From: Thermoplasmatales archaeon
Lineage (GTDB): Archaea > Thermoplasmatota > Thermoplasmata > Thermoplasmatales > GCA-001856825
Reading direction: 5' to 3'
NCBI GenBank assembly: GCA_027345195.1
Contig: DAHWIJ010000015.1
Coordinates: 64,375-128,374 of the forward strand
Length of the DNA: 64,000 bases
The notes beneath the pieces were generated by a model, which saw only the letters and a program-made list of their open reading frames with translations, made no database searches and had not been told where the DNA came from. The position numbers and the translations under genes are program-made. Positions 9,326 through 20,064 of the stretch are shown here, piece by piece; position 1 is the first letter of the stretch; each line of letters begins with the position of its first letter.

Positions 9326-10370
9326 AGGCCCATTCATCAGGTTCAACGCAAAGTCCATTTCAAGGGAATATGGAATAACGATAGATGACCTTTCGGACAA
9401 CCAAGCTTACATTGTCTCTTCCTACGATCCAGGAATCGAAAGGAGAAAATGGAACGTAGAAAATGGAGTCATATACGGACTCTCCCTCCAAGACCTGAAC
9501 GAAATTATCGAAATTTTTCATCTTCCCCTGAGAAAGAATTTCTGGAGAGTTCCTCCCTCCCTAAGAATCCGTGGGAGCCAAAAATCACTGAAATTTCCGA
9601 TGTTCATGATGGTCATTAACATGACCCCGGACTCATTCTATCCGGGCAGCAGAATTGCCGAGGAAGATCTGGAACAAACATTGAGCCTAATAAAAAACGA
9701 GGGAGGGGAGGTGGTAGACATAGGAGGCCAGAGCACGAGACCTGGAAGCGACCCGGTCTCTGCGGAAGAGGAAATGAGAAGAATCAAAAGGGCGGTTGAA
9801 GCTGCACTGAACATGCGGCTGATTGTTTCAGTTGATTCCTTCATGCCAGAAGTACTGAGAGAGTGTCTTGAAATGGGTATACACATAATTAACGATGTGT
9901 CTGGCTTGGAGAACATGGAAATTGCTAGCCTATCAAGAAGGTACGACGTACCGCTGGTCTTAATGCACAAGAAGGGAGATTTCAAGACTATGCAAAGGTC
10001 CCCGCACTATGGGAATGTCATTAACGAGATACAATCATTCTTCCTCAGCAAGTTGTCTCAAATCTCAGAAATGGGGATAGAGGACAATGTTATCCTCGAT
10101 CCCGGGATAGGATTCGGTAAGAGAGTTGAGGACAACATAGCAATAATAAACAACCTAAGTGACTTCAAACTCGGACATCCGTTACTTATCGGCCTCTCCC
10201 GCAAGAGCTTCATTGGCGCCATCACAGGGGAAAAGGTAGAAGAAAGGGGGATGTCTTCACTTATCTTGAATTCAATAGCTATATCCAATGGAGCGGACAT
10301 TGTTAGAACTCATGACCTGGTTGAAAATATGAAACTGATGAAAATAATTAGAAAATTGAAAGAATATTAG
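9300..10370 (+). CDS. folP: Dihydropteroate synthase with N-terminal extension
   Basis: INMTPDSFY, DIGGQSTRPG, INDVSG, DPGIGFGK, GLSRKSF, VRTHD. Confidence 0.93.
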   Translation: MHNSRQWNEGPFIRFNAKSISREYGITIDDLSDNQAYIVSSYDPGIERRKWNVENGVIYGLSLQDLNEIIEIFHLPLRKNFWRVPPSLRIRGSQKSLKFPMFMMVINMTPDSFYPGSRIAEEDLEQTLSLIKNEGGEVVDIGGQSTRPGSDPVSAEEEMRRIKRAVEAALNMRLIVSVDSFMPEVLRECLEMGIHIINDVSGLENMEIASLSRRYDVPLVLMHKKGDFKTMQRSPHYGNVINEIQSFFLSKLSQISEMGIEDNVILDPGIGFGKRVEDNIAIINNLSDFKLGHPLLIGLSRKSFIGAITGEKVEERGMSSLILNSIAISNGADIVRTHDLVENMKLMKIIRKLKEY

Positions 10371-12457
10371 ATGTGAATAAGGTAGTGGTACATTATTATG
10401 GCGACAAAGAGGATGGATATTGTGTTTACTACCTTCACCAGCGGGTTGATTGCAGGACCTGCAGTATCCTTTGTCGCATCACCCACAGTATCACCAACTA
10501 CGGCAGACTTGTGAGCTTCGGATCCCTTGCCCCCGTAATTTCCCTGCTCTATGTACTTCTTTGCGTTATCCCAGGCACCTCCACCCACAGTCATCATGAT
10601 CGCAAGTGGAAATCCGGAAATTATGACGCCCATCAGGAGACCACCGACCGCCAGGGGTCCTAGAACAAATCCAAGGACTATGGGTGTGAGAACAGCTATC
10701 GCAGCTGGGACCATCAGCTGTCTGAGCGCTTCTTTGGTGACGATATCAACTGCCTTACCATAATCCGGTTCGTCCTCTCCACTCAGAATCTTCGGCTTAA
10801 GCTTGAACTGAGACCTCACCTCCTCTACGATTGCAGATGCTGCCTTACCCACCGCATTCATGAGGTACGAGGTAAAGAAGAATGGCAGTGATCCACCAAT
10901 CAGGAGGCCTGCGACAACTATTGGGTCGTCGAGCTGGATGCTCTGGAACTGAGGGACGGCTGATATGAGGGTTTTAAATGCGGCAAATAGAGTGAGCGCG
11001 GCAAGCGCGGCGCTACCAATTGCATACCCTTTCGTAACTGCTTTCGTCGTGTTACCTACTGCATCAAGAGGATCCGTCACTTCCTTCCTGGTTTTTTCGT
11101 CGAATCCAGACATTTCCGCAATCCCCCCTGCGTTGTCTGTTATTGGTCCGTAGGAGTCTATTGAAATTATCATGCCAGTTGCTGATAGCATACTTGCAGC
11201 AGCGATTGCTATCCCGTAAAGTCCCATCTGGGGTTCTCTTCCGAATGATGTGAATGTTATGAAGAAGGAGATCACTATTCCAGCTACTATTACCACCGCA
11301 GGAATGAAAACAGCCTGAAGACCGTAGGCCAGGCCGGTAATGATGTTCGTTCCCGTACCTGTTACAGATGACTTTGCTATCTTTGCTACTGGGGGGAATC
11401 TTTCAGAAGTGTAATACTCCGTCACGTACACGATTATGCCCATTATGATTATGCCTATGATGGCATCAAAGAATATCGACAGGTTTCCATTCATCAAATA
11501 GTAATCTATGAAATAGAAACCTATAGCTGAGAGTATAACCGTCACTATCAATCCCTTGTACAGCGCTGTCATTATTCTCTGTTTCTCGCCCTTCTTGACG
11601 AAGAACGAGCCTACTATGGTCGCAAGAATTGCCACTCCACCTATAGCGAGGGGGAGAATCACCCCACTCTGCGTGAGATACTTCGACCCTGATGGAGAGG
11701 TGTAAATGAGATACCCCAAAAGCATTGCAGATAGGGCGGTGACGACATAAGTTTCAAAGAGGTCTGCGCCCATTCCCGCGCAATCACCGACATTGTCCCC
11801 TACATTGTCTGCTATAACTGCAGGATTCCTAGGATCGTCCTCAGGTATCCCTGCCTCGACCTTTCCGACCAGGTCAGCACCCACATCGGCCCCCTTAGTG
11901 TAAATGCCGCCACCGACCCTGGCAAAGAGGCTGACGAGCGAAGCACCGAAAATGTAACCTACCATCGGAGTTGGATTTCCAAACCATATGTAGAATACCA
12001 CCAGCCCAAGCAGAGCGAGGGATGCAACCATCAGTCCTGTTACCGTTCCACCCCTGAATGCAAGTTTCAAAGCAGGATTGAGCCCTTTCTTAGCCTCTAT
12101 CGCAGTCCTCACATTGGCTCTGACAGAAATACTCATGCCAATGAGTCCTGCAACGGCAGATCCTGTCGCTCCGACGAGAAATCCTAAGGTAATCTTCCAC
12201 GCTTCCGATAAGCCGGATGATGCATAGAAGGCAATGAATATTATGATGGCCAAAACGGCAGCGAATATGAACACGTTGGTATACTGGCGCCTCATGAACG
12301 CGTTTGCACCCTGACGTATTGACATTGAAATTTTTTCAGGCTTCTCCTCAGTTACAGGTATTCTAAGAAGGAGAAAGCTCTGGAGACCTGCATATGCTAT
12401 ACCTACGAGTGCAGAAATCAGAACGAATAATTCCCAGTTTAGCAGTGATGATGCCAT
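10367..12457 (-). CDS. hppA: Membrane-bound pyrophosphatase, K+-independent H+-PPase type
   Basis: GGGIYTKGADVGADLVGKVE, DNVGDNVGD, GNTTKA (Lys form), GDTVGD. Confidence 0.95.
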   Translation of the reverse strand: MASSLLNWELFVLISALVGIAYAGLQSFLLLRIPVTEEKPEKISMSIRQGANAFMRRQYTNVFIFAAVLAIIIFIAFYASSGLSEAWKITLGFLVGATGSAVAGLIGMSISVRANVRTAIEAKKGLNPALKLAFRGGTVTGLMVASLALLGLVVFYIWFGNPTPMVGYIFGASLVSLFARVGGGIYTKGADVGADLVGKVEAGIPEDDPRNPAVIADNVGDNVGDCAGMGADLFETYVVTALSAMLLGYLIYTSPSGSKYLTQSGVILPLAIGGVAILATIVGSFFVKKGEKQRIMTALYKGLIVTVILSAIGFYFIDYYLMNGNLSIFFDAIIGIIIMGIIVYVTEYYTSERFPPVAKIAKSSVTGTGTNIITGLAYGLQAVFIPAVVIVAGIVISFFITFTSFGREPQMGLYGIAIAAASMLSATGMIISIDSYGPITDNAGGIAEMSGFDEKTRKEVTDPLDAVGNTTKAVTKGYAIGSAALAALTLFAAFKTLISAVPQFQSIQLDDPIVVAGLLIGGSLPFFFTSYLMNAVGKAASAIVEEVRSQFKLKPKILSGEDEPDYGKAVDIVTKEALRQLMVPAAIAVLTPIVLGFVLGPLAVGGLLMGVIISGFPLAIMMTVGGGAWDNAKKYIEQGNYGGKGSEAHKSAVVGDTVGDATKDTAGPAINPLVKVVNTISILFVAIIMYHYLIHI

Positions 12458-12583
12458 CTCCCCCGAATTTTTCGATCATTATTAACGTTTGCTCGAAATA
12501 TCTTCTAGGAACGAAGGATTTCGCTAGGGAAATTAAGATAGCGTCCTCTACCCTGTAACAGAAAATGATGAAAATTGGTATAA

Positions 12584-12961
12584 CTACAACGAAGACGGAG
12601 CTCTTATCTTGTTCCGGTCTATCTTCATACCTCTTGGGGTTACTATAAGATATCTGTTTCCGAGAGCGACTACATCTCCCCCGTTGTCTCCTGCAGTTCT
12701 CTTCAGTTCGCTGACAATTCTCCTCATTTGAAGCTCATCTGATTGAATGGCAGCATAATCCAATATGAGAACGTCCCCGTTGAGGACAATCTCTGAGAAC
12801 TGGGGAACCTCCTCGAACTTTACTAACTCCCCTATCTTGACGGATGTACCTGCACCAGGTTCGTCCGCAAATTGATATTCATTGAGATCAATGTATTTCC
12901 TTGGCTCCTTTGGAGGCTTATCTGTTCTTATAACGGTCTTTTTCCTGAATGTCATTGGCAT
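12584..12961 (-). CDS. sepF: Cell division protein SepF
   Basis: YIDL N-terminal motif, GDVLILD, GGDVVALG, YLIVTP. Confidence 0.85.
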   Translation of the reverse strand: MPMTFRKKTVIRTDKPPKEPRKYIDLNEYQFADEPGAGTSVKIGELVKFEEVPQFSEIVLNGDVLILDYAAIQSDELQMRRIVSELKRTAGDNGGDVVALGNRYLIVTPRGMKIDRNKIRAPSSL

Positions 12962-13152
12962 CGATGTTCACCTGCGAATAAATATATTCCTTGTTAATTA
13001 ATATTTTCATTGCATTTCCCTGTTTCTGGGCGTGATTTCTCTGGGCTTTTACTAACAAAGAATTCATGAAATCCCACTATAAGATATCAATTGTCTCTTT
13101 ACCACCCCAAATTGAAAGGAAAAATATTTTTGTCTGCAGGGATAACCTTACA

Positions 13153-13254
13153 CCCGGCTTAGCTCAGTTGGTAGAGCGGTGGACTGTAGAGGGATAGCGC
13201 TGTGGCGCAACCGCCGCCATCCACAGGTCGCTGGTTCAAATCCGGCAGCCGGGA
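13153..13254 (+). tRNA. tRNA-Tyr (GTA) with a 29-nt intron at position 37/38 (about 13190-13218)
   Basis: CCCGGCT/AGCCGGG acceptor stem with C1-G72, GTGGA-CT-GTA-G[intron]A-TCCAC, T-arm GGTTCAAATCC. Confidence 0.92.
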
Positions 13255-13526
13255 TTCGCAATTCACTCCAATTCTCTATGCAACTTCTAATGATGACTAA
13301 AAAACAAGGTTAAGACGAAAGAATATTGGGATTCTGAGTCGATGGGGATGAAAAGACAGTTTTGCACTGGACGTAAGGGTCAGTTTATAGCAGTTCCAGG
13401 ATTAAATTGAAAGTGTCGATCTATCTTAAAATATACCGTATCCGAAGTATTCCCGTCTTGAATGGAAATTTCTTTCAACCTCCTTTGGAAAACATTGAAG
13501 AAATAAGGATTCGATGTCCCCTGCTG

Positions 13527-15608
13527 TTATCGCCTTCTCTTAGACCAAATTATGCTCCAGATACCGCCAATAAAGAGGAGTGTGAAAATTACGATCTCGA
13601 TGAGGATATCAGCGTTTGATATCTTCTCTAGACTTCTGATTGGCAGGTGTGTTACACTCATTGGCGTTATTGTAACGTTTGTTTGGTACGACTTATATCC
13701 TGCTGCAGATATCATGACACTATATTTCCCAGGTGCAAGGGTAATATTGAAGCTTCCGTTATTGGTCTTGTAAACGGTTCCGTTCACAGAAATGACCACA
13801 TAAGATGGGCTGACCTTTCCAACCAGGTACCCATCGATTATGGAGAAGCGAACAGTCACCGTAACCGATGAACCGTTTACAGATGCTGACCCCGTATGAG
13901 TTGAGGGTGCATATTCTGAAGTTGATGGTATCAGGTAATCATACGTACCGTTAGTAACATGAAACGTTATCGTGTCGTTAGTCGAGTTTGCCACCCCATT
14001 GCCATTGAGCGTCACTGACCAGCTTGTTCCGGCAGGGAGACCCGATTCTACAAAGCGGATTGCGTATAGCACCGGAATGAATTGAACTTCTACAGTTCTC
14101 TTCGTCCCATTCACGATTAAAGCCCCGGAACCGTTAACTGCTCGGTACTCCCTATCACCAGTAGAAAAGGTGTAATTGTAGGACCCATTTTGTAGATAAA
14201 GTACGTACTGGCTACCGTTAATGGGACCAGAATGAATTCCAGAGACGTTCAAGTACCAAGTACTACCGCTGGGAAGGCCATTCTCAATGAATCTGACCTC
14301 ATAAGAATAGTTCTGCAGGACTGTCTGCTCTCCTGCCCTCAGTGATACCGTGCCGTAATTCTGGAATGTTCCTGTGGAATAGTCAAAAATCTCCACAACA
14401 TACTTTCCCGGAAAGAGGGTAACATTCACCCTCCCACCAATAAAACTGGTGATGTTCATCGGGCTTCCAGTATAATTAGCACTCTTGATATACAGCGCTC
14501 CCTCTGACACGTTGCTGCTGATCTTGAGAGAGGAGAGGTCCTTCGAGTAGTACAATGGACCAAGGAATCCGAGACCACTTGTTATATAAGCAGCAAGTCT
14601 TCCTGTGATGCTTCCGTATGTCCCGCTGCTGACGACATTGAACGCAGTTTCAGCGGTGTCGCTCCCGAAATTGAACGCGTTTGGAACAGCCTGATAGTTG
14701 TTTCCGTTAAAGTATTCAAGCATCAGCAGAATGGAGGAGTTGACGTCTTCCGTCTGGCTTGAGTTTCCCGGACCCCCAACGACCAGTTCCGCGTCGTAAT
14801 AAGTATTCGCAGGGTTATAGCTGAATCCGTCCACATAGAAGAACGGCTCCTCGGTCATGTTAGATGCAAATTTGAAGAGCACGTTATCGTAGACAACCCA
14901 CCCGAATCCGTCGTTGTAAAGGAAGGATACCTCCGGTGATATGTTATGCCCCAGATGTGCATCCGTCCTCAGCAAGAAGGAAGAGTTGTCCCTGAGTGTG
15001 ACATTGTTTCCAGGAAGAGAGGAGTTAGAATAGGAGTAATAGAAGAACGAAGTTCCTGAACTCGAATGCGTGGATGCAACTGTTCCATTTCCAGCAACAG
15101 TTGAATTGAACATACTTGCGTTTGGGGAAGAGATATTCCATATGTTGTCAATGAATGTTATCCTTAGGGAAGATGTGTTTAGAAGTGCAACGTTTTGTAC
15201 CCAGTAGTCGTATGTTACGTTATGATGAGAGAAGACCAGGTTAAGGTTCAGTTGAATGGAAATTTCATATGAGCCAAGTGCGGGGCTGACCATTGATATT
15301 GAGCGTATAGTAACGTTCCCCAGGAATGACGAAGTTGAGTAATTGTATGCACTCCCATTGTACCCTATCCCATAATCTGCAATGCCCATTGGAGCAGGCT
15401 CGGCGGTGTAGTACTTGTAGATGTTGACCTGTTGACTTGCATTTTCTAGAACGCTATTGTAGTTACCGTTCGACGGCATCGTCATATAATCTTCCGATCT
15501 AACCTCCTTCTGTAGGTATGCTCCTTGGGTAACTAGTGCAAGTGAGGAGAAAATTATGATAAGTGTGAGTCCTGCTGTGACGATATGCTTTCTCTTAACT
15601 CCGCTCAC
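13527..15608 (-). CDS. Thermopsin-family (peptidase A5) membrane-anchored acid protease
   Basis: PAPMGIADYG, SIQLN, YWVQN, IDNIWN, DAELVVGGPGN, FGSDTAE; two F-x-E-x-GLP-x-G-x-x-W repeats, PEGA-like domain, C-terminal TM and basic tail. Confidence 0.9.
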   Translation of the reverse strand: MSGVKRKHIVTAGLTLIIIFSSLALVTQGAYLQKEVRSEDYMTMPSNGNYNSVLENASQQVNIYKYYTAEPAPMGIADYGIGYNGSAYNYSTSSFLGNVTIRSISMVSPALGSYEISIQLNLNLVFSHHNVTYDYWVQNVALLNTSSLRITFIDNIWNISSPNASMFNSTVAGNGTVASTHSSSGTSFFYYSYSNSSLPGNNVTLRDNSSFLLRTDAHLGHNISPEVSFLYNDGFGWVVYDNVLFKFASNMTEEPFFYVDGFSYNPANTYYDAELVVGGPGNSSQTEDVNSSILLMLEYFNGNNYQAVPNAFNFGSDTAETAFNVVSSGTYGSITGRLAAYITSGLGFLGPLYYSKDLSSLKISSNVSEGALYIKSANYTGSPMNITSFIGGRVNVTLFPGKYVVEIFDYSTGTFQNYGTVSLRAGEQTVLQNYSYEVRFIENGLPSGSTWYLNVSGIHSGPINGSQYVLYLQNGSYNYTFSTGDREYRAVNGSGALIVNGTKRTVEVQFIPVLYAIRFVESGLPAGTSWSVTLNGNGVANSTNDTITFHVTNGTYDYLIPSTSEYAPSTHTGSASVNGSSVTVTVRFSIIDGYLVGKVSPSYVVISVNGTVYKTNNGSFNITLAPGKYSVMISAAGYKSYQTNVTITPMSVTHLPIRSLEKISNADILIEIVIFTLLFIGGIWSIIWSKRRR

Positions 15609-15762
15609 ACTCCCAGCACCTCTTCGCAGGTGATTAAAAATTCTGATATAGCTCTTACTCGCGGGAGTTAATAGCTACTCGATCGTGAAGGATATCGCTA
15701 TCCTTTATCCTTCAAAAGACCAGGTGGAAATTGGCAGGCAGGGATTGCGTGATGAGATGCAC

Positions 15763-17220
15763 TCAGTAAGTCCTGTTGGTGTAGTTGGGTGGTTCGCTAA
15801 GTAGCATCACATTGTGCGGGTGACTCTCCGTGATTCCCGCCTGGGTGACAAGTACAAAGCTTCCCTGTTTCCGTAGCACCTCTATCGTCGGCGAACCTGT
15901 GTAGCCCATTCCAGATTTCAGTCCCCCAATGAGCTGAAATATTGTGTCCGACACTTTCCCCTTATAGGGGACGGCCCCTTCTACTCCTTCAGGAACGAAT
16001 TTCCCCGAGCCAAGCTTACCGTACCTGTCACTCTCCCCTCCCATCACCGCCCCGAGGGAACCCATCCCCCTGTACGTCTTGTACCTCCTTCCGGAAATGT
16101 TTATCTCCGTCCCGGGAGCCTCGTCGGTTCCAGCAAGAAGAGAACCAAGCATAACCGTGCTGGCTCCGGCAGCAATAGCCTTGGCTATGTCCCCCGAATA
16201 CCTTATGCCGCCGTCTGCGATCACCGGAATTCCATGTCTCTCTGCAACTTCAGCAGTCTCAGCTACAGCAGTAAGCTGAGGCACCCCGATACCGGCCACG
16301 ATCCTCGTGGTACAGATGGAACCTGGTCCTATACCTGTCCTGAGACCATCCACCTCGGCTGAAATCAGGTCCTCCGCGGCCTTTGAAGTGGCGATGTTGC
16401 CGGCGATTATATCCACATCTATTTCCTTCCTCATCCTCTTGACTGAGTCAATCAGGTTCAGATTGTGGCCGTGTGCGCTGTCGACAACTATCACGTCCGC
16501 CCCTGCTTCCTGCAGCATCCTAGCCCGTTCGAGATCAAAGGCACCTACTGCGCCCCCTACCAACAGCTTCCCCTCTTCGTCCCTCACGGCATACGGGTCC
16601 TGTTCCCTCTTCATTATGTCCTTTGCTGTTATCAGACCTACCAAATTACCGGACGAGTCGATAAGCGGGAGTTTCTCTATCTTTCTTTTGTTCATTATAT
16701 CGAGAGCCTGTTCCATGGAAATGTCCGGATTTCCCGTTAGGACGTTCCTAGTCATTACGTCCTCAACCTTCCTGGTGCTACCCCTCAGAAACCTCACGTC
16801 CCTGCTCGTGAGTATCCCCACAAGCTTGTTGTCGCGGATAACGGGAAGCCCGGCAATCCTCTTTTCGTCCATAAGTTTGATCGCTTCCTGAACGGGTGTC
16901 TCAGGGTTTACTGTGTAGAGGTCCCTTATAACGAGCGACTCCTCCCTCTTCACCCTTCTAATCATCTCTGCCTGAGCCTGCCTGCTGTTGTTCCTGTGGA
17001 TAATGCCTATTCCTCCAAGTCTGGCCATCGCAATGGCCATATCCGCTTCTGTAACCGTATCCATTGGAGATGAAACGATTGGAATATTAAGCTTGATGTG
17101 ACGCGTGAGTGACGTCTCAACGTTGACGCCAATCGGTTCGACCCTGCTGGCACCGGGAATCAGAAGAACGTCGTCATATGTGTATCCCATTCTTGCATTC
17201 TCAAGTTTAGTCACAAACAT
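15763..17220 (-). CDS. guaB: IMP dehydrogenase with CBS pair
   Basis: [43 protein letters not shown]. Confidence 0.97.
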   Translation of the reverse strand: MFVTKLENARMGYTYDDVLLIPGASRVEPIGVNVETSLTRHIKLNIPIVSSPMDTVTEADMAIAMARLGGIGIIHRNNSRQAQAEMIRRVKREESLVIRDLYTVNPETPVQEAIKLMDEKRIAGLPVIRDNKLVGILTSRDVRFLRGSTRKVEDVMTRNVLTGNPDISMEQALDIMNKRKIEKLPLIDSSGNLVGLITAKDIMKREQDPYAVRDEEGKLLVGGAVGAFDLERARMLQEAGADVIVVDSAHGHNLNLIDSVKRMRKEIDVDIIAGNIATSKAAEDLISAEVDGLRTGIGPGSICTTRIVAGIGVPQLTAVAETAEVAERHGIPVIADGGIRYSGDIAKAIAAGASTVMLGSLLAGTDEAPGTEINISGRRYKTYRGMGSLGAVMGGESDRYGKLGSGKFVPEGVEGAVPYKGKVSDTIFQLIGGLKSGMGYTGSPTIEVLRKQGSFVLVTQAGITESHPHNVMLLSEPPNYTNRTY

Positions 17221-17380
17221 ATAGAGGTAATGAAAGTGATAATAAAATGTTATGGAGCAAATGTGAACGACGGGGGGCGATTGACCATTGGACTTGATAA
17301 GGCCCGCTATGAGGATGTATTGTGCTGAATCTTAGTTTTAGAATGATAGATAAACGTTTATATACATTCTTAATAGGGGA

Positions 17381-17465
17381 TTACAGGGGAGCTCGCTCAA
17401 GCGGGCTGAGAGGATCGATTTGATCGACCCACCGAACCTGATCCAGGTAATGCTGGCGGAGGGAA
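17381..17465 (+). promoter_or_regulatory. TPP (THI-box) riboswitch
   Basis: AGGGGAGC...GCTGAGAG...ACCC...GAACCTGATCCAGGTAATGCTGGCGGAGGGA matches the TPP aptamer core; directly upstream of a thiamine ABC transporter; TATA-like TTTATATA at about 17357. Confidence 0.93.
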
Positions 17466-17468
17466 AAA

Positions 17469-18572
17469 ATGAATGAAAACGTAATAAAAAGAAAAGTGGA
17501 CTATAAGGTGTTTATTGTAGTCGGTTTAGTCATCGCTGCGGGCATATCTGTCTATGCCATTTATCCGGAAATTGCGCCTCACAAGGAGCCGGTGATCAAT
17601 ATTTTGACGTACGAATCTTTCTTTCAGTACGGGCGGAATCCAAACCAGACACTTGCCTACTTAATCAACAACTTCGAAAACTGGTACCACGTAAAGATAA
17701 ATTTAATAACTTCATCCCAAGACCTTTACAACCAGATACTTCAGTCGAAGGGGAGCGGGTATGACATCGTTATCGGACTCAATAACATTGATTCCTACCT
17801 TGCAGCGAACAGTGGGCTGCTTTACAAATTCAGCGTGACAAACGAAACATATCTCAACAAGACCCTTTACTCTTTCCTGCAATCATCAGGATATGTAATT
17901 CCATACGAGTATTCACCGTTGACAACAGACTACAACTATTCCGGGCCAATTAGCGTTCAGATAATAAAGAATCTCACCTTTTCAGACCTCACGAATTCTT
18001 CTATCGCAAAACAGTACATAGTGGAGAACCCGACAACCCCCAGCATCAACGGCGAGGATTTCCTTCTGGGTCAGATAGCCTTCTATAGTGGAATCCTGCA
18101 TCAGAACTGGACTTCGTTCTGGAACAGTTCGAAAGGGATGATTATAACCCAGGATTGGAGTTCAGGTTTTACCCTTTTCTCGCAGGGAAAGGGGCAGATG
18201 TTCTTTTCCTATGCAACTGACCCAGCTTACTTCAAGTATTTCAATGAATCGCCAATCGGGACCACACCCTTCCATTACAACGGGAAGAGTTACGCATGGA
18301 TGCAGGTACTAGGTATCGGAATACTGAACTCCTCTAAACACAAGTCAATTGACGAGGCATTCGTGAACTGGATGCTCGGACAGAACGTCCAGAACCTGAT
18401 TCCCCTAAACGAGTGGACTTATCCTGCCAACTTAAACGTCACCCTCCCTGCAGTTTATTCAGTGAATCCTCCGGTTGACTCCATAATACCTCTCAACAGT
18501 TACCTGAACATGACGGTAGCCGCACGGAGTCTCGCAGAGTGGTCTATTGAGTGGAGTTCTATTGAGTCGTAA
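17469..18572 (+). CDS. thiB: Thiamine ABC transporter substrate-binding protein
   Basis: ILTYESF, DIVIGLNN, VENPTT, W-x-x-G...F-x-x-G, SYATDPAY, IPLNEWTYP; N-terminal TM anchor; TPP riboswitch upstream. Confidence 0.85.
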   Translation: MNENVIKRKVDYKVFIVVGLVIAAGISVYAIYPEIAPHKEPVINILTYESFFQYGRNPNQTLAYLINNFENWYHVKINLITSSQDLYNQILQSKGSGYDIVIGLNNIDSYLAANSGLLYKFSVTNETYLNKTLYSFLQSSGYVIPYEYSPLTTDYNYSGPISVQIIKNLTFSDLTNSSIAKQYIVENPTTPSINGEDFLLGQIAFYSGILHQNWTSFWNSSKGMIITQDWSSGFTLFSQGKGQMFFSYATDPAYFKYFNESPIGTTPFHYNGKSYAWMQVLGIGILNSSKHKSIDEAFVNWMLGQNVQNLIPLNEWTYPANLNVTLPAVYSVNPPVDSIIPLNSYLNMTVAARSLAEWSIEWSSIES

Positions 18573-20064
18573 TTCCCTCCCCTCAGTATTCTTCTTCCTT
18601 TCCTTTGCGACCATTATAGTGGTCATCCCCTTGGCTATCCTTACTTTCTACGCTGTCCACATAGCCCCTACTAAGCTTTTTTTACATCTCTTAATCCTCT
18701 CCCTTGGGCAGTCGTTTCTGCAGGCAACCGTTTCAACGGCAATATCCCTGCCTTTAGGGCTTTTATTCGGTATAGTTTTAATAGTCTACAACGGGAGATT
18801 GAAGAGCACATTCATTTCCGTACTCCTGGTGACCTATGTTCTTCCCGGGATCATCATGGCGCTCGGAATAGTATCAATATTCGGATTCTCGTCAAGGTTC
18901 TGGGAAATAATCTACGGAAATGTAGTTTACAATTCCCCCATGGTGGCCGTTTTGGCATATTCCACTGGGAACTCCACTAACTTAAAAGAAGTCTACTCAG
19001 CAAAATTGCTTGGTGCCCCGGACCGGAGGGTAGTCTCAGGGTTCTACCTGCCAAATGCACTCAGGGGAGGACTACTGGGTGGAATTCTCACATTCATTCT
19101 CTCATTCGAAGGTTTCAGCCTTCCTCTAATAATTGGGGGGCCTTCTTACTCCACCGTGGAAGTTATGATCTATGAATTCAAGAGCATCTTCCCAACTTTC
19201 GCTGCATTCCCCTTTTCCACCTCTTCTTTCCTTGGCCTGATCCAAATTGCAATATTGGTTACCCCCCTACTCATCTATCTTGATATAAACCTGAGATCAA
19301 GAAGAAACGATACCGTCCTGCCGCTCCCTCTCCGCCGATACAATAAAATTGCATTCGTCGCTCTGCTCCTTTTCGTAATTTTTATCCTCTTCCCTCTTTT
19401 CGGGATGTTCGTTCGCTATCCCTTGTGGGAGATTAATCTTGCATCCATCACATCCAAGCTACAACTCCCCATCTCCCTTGTACTATGGAATACGGTCACT
19501 TTTTCATTTGCGAGCACCTTCCTGGCGTTTATGATATCTGTTCTGGTTGCTCTTCGTCCATCCACCTTCCGGAGGGGATTCGTAGTCATGCTACCGCTCA
19601 TCTTCTCACCCGTAACTCTGGCGCTGTCATATTTCCTTGTTTATGGGGAATTGGTGCCTAACAGCTTACTCATAATTCTGATCTTCACAGTCGTTGCTAT
19701 TCCGGTAACTATCAGGATGATGACACAGGCCCTTGTCACAATCCCACCTTCAGAAGTGAATTCCTCGAAAGTCCTCGGGGGGTCCCCCATTTCCACTCTC
19801 TTCCGGGTGCAGATTCCCCGAATAAAGTGGGAGATTTCCACAGTAATCTCCCTCATGTTCATAACTGTCATGGGGGAGTTTTCTTCAGTAGTCACCGTCT
19901 ATACAACTACAACACAAACCATTACCGTCGGAATATACAAACTCCTTCTCCTCAGGGACTTGCCCGGAACTTACTTCCTGACAGAAATTTTCCTAGCTGT
20001 AATATTTATTTCCTCATTCATCATCAACCAATTTGGAAAGAGTGGTTCAGTTGGACAAGCTTAG
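18547..20064 (+). CDS. thiP: Thiamine ABC transporter permease (two fused permease repeats)
   Basis: Polytopic; two EAA-like loops (SAKLLGA, SSKVLGG); operon position. Confidence 0.8.
   Translation: MSGVLLSRNSLPSVFFFLSFATIIVVIPLAILTFYAVHIAPTKLFLHLLILSLGQSFLQATVSTAISLPLGLLFGIVLIVYNGRLKSTFISVLLVTYVLPGIIMALGIVSIFGFSSRFWEIIYGNVVYNSPMVAVLAYSTGNSTNLKEVYSAKLLGAPDRRVVSGFYLPNALRGGLLGGILTFILSFEGFSLPLIIGGPSYSTVEVMIYEFKSIFPTFAAFPFSTSSFLGLIQIAILVTPLLIYLDINLRSRRNDTVLPLPLRRYNKIAFVALLLFVIFILFPLFGMFVRYPLWEINLASITSKLQLPISLVLWNTVTFSFASTFLAFMISVLVALRPSTFRRGFVVMLPLIFSPVTLALSYFLVYGELVPNSLLIILIFTVVAIPVTIRMMTQALVTIPPSEVNSSKVLGGSPISTLFRVQIPRIKWEISTVISLMFITVMGEFSSVVTVYTTTTQTITVGIYKLLLLRDLPGTYFLTEIFLAVIFISSFIINQFGKSGSVGQA

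Noticed and set aside
13289..13337. Possible C/D-box sRNA after tRNA-Tyr (ATGATGA...CTGA, about 49 nt)
   Set aside because: No convincing D'/C' boxes or terminal stem, and no target complementarity recognised
16307..16891. Long antisense ORFs (here and at 49238-49837, 23240-23734, 59721-60203 and similar)
   Set aside because: Shadows of well-supported genes on the opposite strand, with no recognisable motifs
17260..17330. GC-richer patch between guaB and the riboswitch, considered as an sRNA or purine riboswitch
   Set aside because: No recognisable aptamer or box consensus
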